A DNA stretch of 64,000 bases from positions 128,001 through 192,000 of the forward strand of contig JBCCHT010000002.1 in the NCBI GenBank assembly GCA_039028615.1. Direction: 5' to 3'. Made by a program: the position numbers and the translations under genes. Source of the stretch: Myxococcota bacterium (GTDB lineage: Bacteria; Myxococcota_A; Polyangia; Nannocystales; Nannocystaceae). Below, one piece after another: positions 57,761 to 64,000 of the stretch (its first letter is position 1; each line of letters begins with the position of its first letter). Below the pieces are notes generated by a model. It worked only from the letters and a program-made list of their open reading frames with translations, had not been told where the DNA came from and did no database searches.

Positions 57761-59445
57761 GGCCTCGCCTCGGTCGCCTCGGTGCCGAACTGCCGCTCGA
57801 GCAGGAGCACCATGCGGCAGTAGTCGTTCAACGCCGCCTGCGGCCGGCCATGATCGATCGAAGCCACGCATCCGTCGATCACCCCGTGCAGCCACGCGTA
57901 GATGGAGTCCCGGTCCTCGCTATGCTCGATGTGCGCCACGATCCGCGGCGCGGTTTCGTAGTAGCGAGCGATGAGACGCGGGCCGTGGGGTAGCGAGGCC
58001 ATGTACCCGTCCCGGAACGCACGCAAGACGGTCAGTGGCCGACAGTCGTCGGGCAAGCCCGCGTGACGCATGCAGGCCGTCGTCAGGTAGCACTTGAAGC
58101 CCTTGCGTGACTCGTGCAGCCGAAGGACCTGCTGCGCGCGGCCATGCATGGGGTGGTCCTCGGGAAGGCCCCGTGCGACCTCCACCAGGTCCTTGAACCC
58201 CTGCTTGATGCCCTTGTCGACGTTCTTGAGCGATTTTTTCTTCGTGGTGAGGGTTCCGGCTGCAACCGGAATGCCGGAGGCCTGCCCCGCGCGCAGCCCG
58301 AAATTCCTCGCGATGCCATCGGTGCGGTGGCCATCGAGGAGACTGCGTAGCGTACCGATGGGCCGATCCACCTGATGGTCCGGGTGCGACTCGTTGTCGA
58401 TCGCATGCACCGAGCCATCGTCCCTCACCATGAGGTTGCCTGGGTTTTGATTGACGAGCAGGCGGTCGCCGATGCCCAGGAACGCGTCTGCGACCGCGTG
58501 CTTGCCGATTGACTGCATCACATCGTCGTTGCCCAAGTGATGGAGCAGGTCCCGTCCTCGCAGCTGACGAAACGAGGTCGCGTCCACGCTGTCCATGATG
58601 GAAAAGTGCGTGGCATCGGCCATGTTGGCCACGTACTCTTTTTGTTTGTCCTCCGGGAGGTGCTCGAGGATCTTCTTGTGGATCGCTTGCCCCTCGGCCG
58701 AGTCCGTCGCCACCGAGCGTACCCGAGGTGCGTTGAGGCCCATGCGATGGAGGATGTCGTGGTTGCGCTCGATCTCTACCGCCTGCGACGTCGGCTTCAC
58801 CACCAGCCGTGCGTCGGGGTGATTCATGAAATAGACCCCCGACGCGCCGACCCCCGAGCGAGCCACGCCATCGACCTGGTCCCACTCGGGGTCGTCGAGC
58901 CCCGCACACTGCATGACCGGCTGCGGCGCAGCGGTACTCACGGGCTGGGGCTGCAGCATGGGCACCGCGTTCATCGAGCCCTGTGCCTTCGCCCCCATCA
59001 CGTCGGCTTCGCGTTCGAGACCGGGTTCGTTGTTGATCGGCACGCCTTGGCGCTGCAGCGTGGGCCGAACCCGCCCCTGTCGCTGCTGCACGACGTGCCA
59101 GGCTTCGTGCGCAAGGTGCCGCTCCTGCCCCGGACCGAGGTGAATCTCGTTGCCGAAGGCATGGGCTCGCGTACGCCTCCGGGCCGGCTCGCCCGACCCG
59201 TAGTGCACCTGCACGTCGCTGACATCGACCCCGGAGAGCCGCTGGATGCCTTGCTGGAGCGGTATCGGCAGGTTGCCCGCGCCCGAGCGCGACGAGACTC
59301 CGAAGGTCCGAAGATCGAGTCCGTGCGATGGGTCCTCCGGTTGCGCCGATGCGCCCTCGGGCGACGGACCCGTGCGCGACGCAGCCACCTGGGCCTGCTC
59401 GTTGCCGAGGAGGTCTCGCGGAGGCCGTAGAGCGAGGGTCTTCAT
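57757..59445 (-). CDS. DUF4157 domain protein with PI3/4-kinase-like (actin-fragmin-kinase-like) domain and CFI-box-CTERM-like tail
   Basis: SG.D.SDV.VH, A.A.G.EIHL.PG.E.HL.HEAWHVVQQRQGRV, LEREAD; GDR.....NPGNLM....V.AIDN; CYLTTAC...L..LR.FRD......G..LI..YY..AP. Confidence 0.85.
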   Translation of the reverse strand: MKTLALRPPRDLLGNEQAQVAASRTGPSPEGASAQPEDPSHGLDLRTFGVSSRSGAGNLPIPLQQGIQRLSGVDVSDVQVHYGSGEPARRRTRAHAFGNEIHLGPGQERHLAHEAWHVVQQRQGRVRPTLQRQGVPINNEPGLEREADVMGAKAQGSMNAVPMLQPQPVSTAAPQPVMQCAGLDDPEWDQVDGVARSGVGASGVYFMNHPDARLVVKPTSQAVEIERNHDILHRMGLNAPRVRSVATDSAEGQAIHKKILEHLPEDKQKEYVANMADATHFSIMDSVDATSFRQLRGRDLLHHLGNDDVMQSIGKHAVADAFLGIGDRLLVNQNPGNLMVRDDGSVHAIDNESHPDHQVDRPIGTLRSLLDGHRTDGIARNFGLRAGQASGIPVAAGTLTTKKKSLKNVDKGIKQGFKDLVEVARGLPEDHPMHGRAQQVLRLHESRKGFKCYLTTACMRHAGLPDDCRPLTVLRAFRDGYMASLPHGPRLIARYYETAPRIVAHIEHSEDRDSIYAWLHGVIDGCVASIDHGRPQAALNDYCRMVLLLERQFGTEATEARP

Positions 59446-60509
59446 CGAGCCACGTGAGTGAGCAAGCGGGGGTTGTCCTTCAACGCGTCGCTCACCGCCG
59501 AGCCGAAGTCGGGCGCATCGATCGTCACGGGGATGTTGCGTTGACCGTCGCCGGGCTTGAAGTGCACATCGGTGCTCTTGTTGCCCACGAAGCGAATCGG
59601 CACCTTGTGCGGGTTGTGCAGCAGGTGGGCGTGATCGCGGATCGACTCGGGCACCACCAAGGAGTGCAGCGATCCCGGCCGAATGCTCCCGCGAAGCTGC
59701 CGCTCCTCCGAGCGTGACTCGAGCGGCTTCTTTTTGAAGTCACCGATCTGTTCGCGCCGAGTCGCGCTCCGCCCCCCGCTCAGGCGACTCGGGGTCGTGA
59801 TCGCCAATACGCTTCGCTGCGCGCGACGACTCAGCTCGGCGGTGGCATTGGCGTTCGGCTGGGGCAGCGTATTGCTGAGCAACGCACGGCGCAACCCCGC
59901 GCGCATGCCTTCCGGCACGCCTTGCAGTTGTTCCTCTTCCTCGGCGGTGAGCGGCGGCTTCGCAAAGTCGGCCATCAACTCCTCGTCATTGGGGCGCTCG
60001 AGCGCCACGCTCAAGCTGCCGCGGTCGGCTGCGGTCACCGAGTCTTCGGCGACCTCATCGGCATCCTGCTCGTCAGTCGTTCGCAACAGGTTGACCGACA
60101 CGTCGTTTTGAAAGCTCTCGCCCTTGTCCACCGAGCCCGTGAACTTCACGCCCTTTTTGGCGAGGTCGCTACGGGTGAGCACCCCGTCGCGCAAGATGTT
60201 GTTGGCGTTGCGGATCGTCGCCGCGACCTCGGGGTGGAGTTCGTCGATCTCCGCCTCGCGATCCACGTGGGCGTGGAACTCGCCCAGCGACATCTTCGTC
60301 CCCCGAAATTTCTTCTTCTTGCGTCGGAGCTGAATCGGAGCCGAGGTGGAGAACGCGGGCGGCCGGGCTACCCCCGAGCCGACGTCACCGATGGTGATCC
60401 TGGACAAGCTGTGACGAATCGCCGCGGGTTCGCGACCGCTCGAGCTCACTTCGGAGTGCGCGGGTCGACTCGGCGGTGCATTCGACGGGGCCTTGGTGTG
60501 GGTGCGCAT
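59442..60509 (-). CDS. Hypothetical protein, candidate toxin/effector
   Basis: Disordered N-terminus with HSLSRI...PIQL; stop overlaps the DUF4157 start (ATGA). Confidence 0.65.
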   Translation of the reverse strand: MRTHTKAPSNAPPSRPAHSEVSSSGREPAAIRHSLSRITIGDVGSGVARPPAFSTSAPIQLRRKKKKFRGTKMSLGEFHAHVDREAEIDELHPEVAATIRNANNILRDGVLTRSDLAKKGVKFTGSVDKGESFQNDVSVNLLRTTDEQDADEVAEDSVTAADRGSLSVALERPNDEELMADFAKPPLTAEEEEQLQGVPEGMRAGLRRALLSNTLPQPNANATAELSRRAQRSVLAITTPSRLSGGRSATRREQIGDFKKKPLESRSEERQLRGSIRPGSLHSLVVPESIRDHAHLLHNPHKVPIRFVGNKSTDVHFKPGDGQRNIPVTIDAPDFGSAVSDALKDNPRLLTHVAR

Positions 60510-60556
60510 GGGGGCACCTCATCATCGCACGAATACGACCCCCCGAGCGCGCCTCG

Positions 60557-63439
60557 TCACGGTGGGGTGGTCGGTTCGATGGTCCCGGGGAGGGACACCG
60601 TCTCGGCTCGCCGTCGCGCAGCTCGGGCGGCCTGCACGATGGCGCTGGTCTGATCGAAGCGCTCCACCACGCGCAGAGCCTCGTCCGCGCGCCCGATCGC
60701 CTCGGCGCGCTTGCCCCGTCCCACCGCCGCCGCGGACAGGCCGAGCAGCGCATACGCTCGATCGAGAGGCTCGAGCGCATAGGCATCGACTTCGGTCGAA
60801 GCGAGCGTCGACAGCATCTGCCGCGCGCGCTCCCACTGACCTTGCTGCACCAAGATGCGGCCGAGGAGCAGCCGATACGCTCCCCGGTCCTGCTCGGGCA
60901 TGTCCGCTCGATCGACCAGAGGCTGGACGATCGCCGTAGCCGCGTCGGTCCGGCCTATCGCGAGCAGGGCTTCGACCCAGTCCTTGGCCGCCGCCTCCTG
61001 TCCCGCGGGCTCGATCGCGTTGAAGGAATCCGCCACCTCGTCGAGCACCCGCTCGGCTCCGGGCTCGCCGCGGGCGGCCGCGACTCGAACCTCGAGGCTC
61101 CCGAACTGGATCTCCCAAAACAGCTCCTTGCGGTGGACCTTCGCCTTGGCGCACCACCGCAGCACCGCATCGTAGTCCCCGCCCAGCATCGCGATGCGAG
61201 CCGCCTCGAGCAGATTGGTCGCGTCTGGATCCTCGATCCGCTGGAGCGTCCCTCCGATCACCGCCGCCGCCTCGGCGTAGGCCCCGACCTTGCGCAACAC
61301 GGTGGCCTGCAGGGCCTCGGCCGCTCGCAGCTGGGGGTGGTCGGACCCGAAGAGCCCCTCGAGCTCCGCCACCGCCCGTCTCGCGCTGCGCTCGGCGGGG
61401 TCGTGCAAGCCCATCGCCGCCTGGACCGGTCCCATGTTCACCAAGGTCACCGCCCGCTCGTAGACCCCTCCCTCGCCGCCGTCGTCGGGCACGAAGCCGA
61501 GCGCGGCCTCGTAGCTCTCGAGCGCCTCGACGAAGCGACCGCGGCGCTCGAACGCGATGGCGGTGTTGTTGGCCAAGGTCCAGCGGATCCGCCAGTCCGC
61601 GGCCCCCTTTCGATCGATCAATGACTCCGCCAACGCGACGGCCTCGGTGACATCGGCGCTCCGATCGACCAGCTCGACCTTCGCGAAGATGCGCTTGGCT
61701 GCCGCCTCGGCGGCGTCCTGACGCTGCTCGGAGGCAATCGCGCTCCATAGCGCGTCATCGAGCCGTTGGTAGGCCTCGGGGCGCGTGAGGTTCATGCCCG
61801 CGCTGCCCCAGCGGAGCATCGCCTCGGCCACTAGCGGCTCGTATTCGAGGAACTGGGCCTCTTCGAGCACGGCGAACGCCCGCTCCTCGGCCGGGCCGTA
61901 GGCGCCCACGGCTTCCTCGGCTCTGGCGCGCGCCAGCTCCTCCCGCATCTCGGTCACCCGAGCCGCCACCGACTCGTCGGCAGGCAGGGATTGCTGGGAC
62001 CGCAGGACCTCGATGTCCGCACAGCTCGAGACCGTCCGCAGCTGAGTGATGGCCTTGTTCGCGTTCGCCACCGCGAGCTCGTCCCCGTCGCTCAGGATAT
62101 CGACCAGCGTGCTGAACCCCGCCTGGCGGCGATCGAGACACGCGACCTGCAGTTCGAAGTGGCTCTCGGGCACCAAGCCGTCGCGGTGGGCTCGACAGAC
62201 CTCTCCTCGCTGCTCGGCGATGGCATCCGCGTGTCGCTCGAGACGAGGCCCCAGCAGTTCCCACGTCTGCTCGGCCGCATCACCTCCACCCGCCAAGACG
62301 CCTTGCTCGGTCCCATCGCGCAGCTCGGCATCCCAGATCGAGGGCGCATCACACGAGGCCTGCTGCGTTCGAAGCTCCGCCGCCACGACCCCCGCGGTCA
62401 GAGCCACCGCGAGCCCACCCGCGATGCCCAGCACCCGCCGCCGTCGCACGGCAGGATCGCGGGCCAGGTCCCGCAGCAACGCCCGCATCGTGGGATGGCG
62501 TTCGTCGGGCTTCTCGGCGAGACCGCGCTCGACCACCTTGCGCACCCACCCCGGTACGTCGTGGTCCCGGCTGGGCTCGACGCGCTCCATGGTGATGAGC
62601 CCCATGATCCCGCCCGCGGCATCCCGGGCGAAGGGCAGCTCGCCGTACAGCGCCTCCCACAGCGCGACGCAGAAACCGAACTGGTCGCTGCGGGCATCGG
62701 CCGGCACCCCATCGTATTGCTCGGGCGCCATATAGGCCGGCGTCCCCATGATCGTGCCCGGTCGCGTGAGCCGACTGTCGAGCTCCACGTCCTCCGCGTC
62801 CTGCTCGGCCGCTGCGTCGGTTTGGGTCGCAGCCTCGTCGTCGCCCAGGCCGATGCGAGCCAGCCCGAAGTCGAGCAGCTTGACCACCCCGTCTTCGCGA
62901 CGGATGGCATTGTGGGGCTTGAAGTCGCGATAGACCATGTCGGCCTCGTGCGCCGCGGCGAGCCCCTCCCCCGCCTGCGCATAGACCTCGAGCACCTCTC
63001 GCCAGGGCTTGGGGCCGCGCTGCCACTGCGCCAGGCTCTGCCCCTGCACGAACTCCATCGCCAGGTAGATTTCTCCGCCCTCCTCCCAGACCTCGTGGAT
63101 GGTCACGATGTTCTGGTGGGACAGCCGCGCCAGCGCCTTGGCCTCGCGCATGAGCCGGGCCTTGCGTTGGTCCTCGTTGTCCCGGGTCTGACGCAGGAGC
63201 TTGACCGCGACGCGTCGATCGAGCCGCGAGTCGTAGGCCGCGAACACCGTGCCCATCCCGCCCTCGCCCACGAACTCGAGCACGTCGTAGCGCCCCAGCT
63301 TGGGTCGGGTGACTCGCTTGGGGAACATCTGCGCGAGCAAGACCTCGCGCTTGAGCGCGACGTTTTCCTTGGCCGGCCGCCCGCCGACCAGGACCTCGGA
63401 GATCTGGGCTCCGCTGCGCCGGGTGTCCTCGTCGCTCAT
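60557..63439 (-). CDS. Ser/Thr protein kinase - TM - TPR receptor
   Basis: VGEGGMG, VAVK, YRDFKPHN, DFG, GTPAYMAPE; RRRR followed by TM; TPRs; ATG 63439 coupled to the upstream hydrolase. Confidence 0.9.
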   Translation of the reverse strand: MSDEDTRRSGAQISEVLVGGRPAKENVALKREVLLAQMFPKRVTRPKLGRYDVLEFVGEGGMGTVFAAYDSRLDRRVAVKLLRQTRDNEDQRKARLMREAKALARLSHQNIVTIHEVWEEGGEIYLAMEFVQGQSLAQWQRGPKPWREVLEVYAQAGEGLAAAHEADMVYRDFKPHNAIRREDGVVKLLDFGLARIGLGDDEAATQTDAAAEQDAEDVELDSRLTRPGTIMGTPAYMAPEQYDGVPADARSDQFGFCVALWEALYGELPFARDAAGGIMGLITMERVEPSRDHDVPGWVRKVVERGLAEKPDERHPTMRALLRDLARDPAVRRRRVLGIAGGLAVALTAGVVAAELRTQQASCDAPSIWDAELRDGTEQGVLAGGGDAAEQTWELLGPRLERHADAIAEQRGEVCRAHRDGLVPESHFELQVACLDRRQAGFSTLVDILSDGDELAVANANKAITQLRTVSSCADIEVLRSQQSLPADESVAARVTEMREELARARAEEAVGAYGPAEERAFAVLEEAQFLEYEPLVAEAMLRWGSAGMNLTRPEAYQRLDDALWSAIASEQRQDAAEAAAKRIFAKVELVDRSADVTEAVALAESLIDRKGAADWRIRWTLANNTAIAFERRGRFVEALESYEAALGFVPDDGGEGGVYERAVTLVNMGPVQAAMGLHDPAERSARRAVAELEGLFGSDHPQLRAAEALQATVLRKVGAYAEAAAVIGGTLQRIEDPDATNLLEAARIAMLGGDYDAVLRWCAKAKVHRKELFWEIQFGSLEVRVAAARGEPGAERVLDEVADSFNAIEPAGQEAAAKDWVEALLAIGRTDAATAIVQPLVDRADMPEQDRGAYRLLLGRILVQQGQWERARQMLSTLASTEVDAYALEPLDRAYALLGLSAAAVGRGKRAEAIGRADEALRVVERFDQTSAIVQAARAARRRAETVSLPGTIEPTTPP

Positions 63440-64000
63440 CGATCGGGCCGAGCCGACTGGGGTTGATGCGAGCGGAGCGGTGCCCGGAGGACTCGACCGA
63501 GCTCGGACGACACGATCCGAGCCACCCGCCCGGGCGCTTCGAGGGGCAGCAGGTGGCCGTAGCCGACCTCGTGGTGGCGCACGTGCTCGGGATGTCGCCG
63601 CCCCCACTTTTGCCACGTGCCGCGCGGCGTGAAGATCGAGGGGTCACCCGCGATCACGATGACGGGCACGGTCACGCGTCGCAGGTCCGCCCAGATCGAC
63701 GTGGGGCACATATAGTTGTGGGCCTCCCACGCCCGCGGATAGACCAGCTGCACGCCGCCGTCGGGGCTCGGGGCCACCGCGGCATCGGCAAAGGCCTGCA
63801 GCGCGGGCTCCTCGACGCGCCGAAACAACCCACGGCCACGGTAGCTGCCCAAGAACGCATCGCGGCTGGGCCAGCGCCCCGACTTGCGAAGCGTGCCCCG
63901 GGCGGGCTCCATGCGACGGCGAAGGGCAAAGGGCACGACCGGCTCGATGGCGGTCAGCCAGCGGGTGACGAAGGCGGGCTCGATGAGCACCAACGCCGAG
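63436..64000 (-). CDS. Alpha/beta hydrolase, C-terminal part (5' end outside the window)
   Basis: LVLIEP, VPVIVIAG..S, GYGHLLPLEAP. Confidence 0.8.
   Translation of the reverse strand, partial: SALVLIEPAFVTRWLTAIEPVVPFALRRRMEPARGTLRKSGRWPSRDAFLGSYRGRGLFRRVEEPALQAFADAAVAPSPDGGVQLVYPRAWEAHNYMCPTSIWADLRRVTVPVIVIAGDPSIFTPRGTWQKWGRRHPEHVRHHEVGYGHLLPLEAPGRVARIVSSELGRVLRAPLRSHQPQSARPDR

Noticed and set aside
1..64000. Many long antisense or alternate-frame ORFs (e.g. 15460..17673, 38702..40606, 8137..9825, 42983..44677)
   Set aside because: Expected in GC-rich DNA; low-complexity composition, no motifs, and they overlap well-supported genes.
1..64000. rRNA, tRNA, transposase, integrase, prophage
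   Set aside because: No recognisable signatures by eye; a tRNAscan/Rfam run would be needed to exclude small RNAs.

Overview
A 64-kb, GC-rich window, most likely from a myxobacterium (Nannocystaceae-like). This is inferred from the pilC-pilS pair, four Ser/Thr kinase-TM-TPR receptors, many Cys-rich lipoproteins, TSP3/OmpA proteins and a DUF1552/DUF1592 pair. Housekeeping genes (pilC, pilS, ribF, dapA, dapB, two PLP aminotransferases) flank a largely accessory region. The standout is a minus-strand operon at 45058-41200. It encodes a ferritin-like (PF12902/VioB-RebD-type) protein fused to an 11-Cys, bufferin-precursor-like C-terminal domain, followed by a DUF692 multinuclear non-heme iron oxidase (MNIO) with no canonical start codon and a DUF2063-type partner. 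This looks like RiPP-type modification machinery whose apparent substrate is part of a large cytoplasmic protein. Also notable: an orphan DUF4157 effector cassette (PI3/4K-like kinase plus CFI-box tail, a putative ART-fold partner and a putative immunity gene), a pseudokinase-TPR receptor, two MauG-like diheme lipoproteins each beside a Cys-rich protein, and a tandem desaturase pair in which one copy lost its stop codon. I saw no rRNA, tRNA, CRISPR array or transposase. All family calls come from motif recognition by eye, not database searches.
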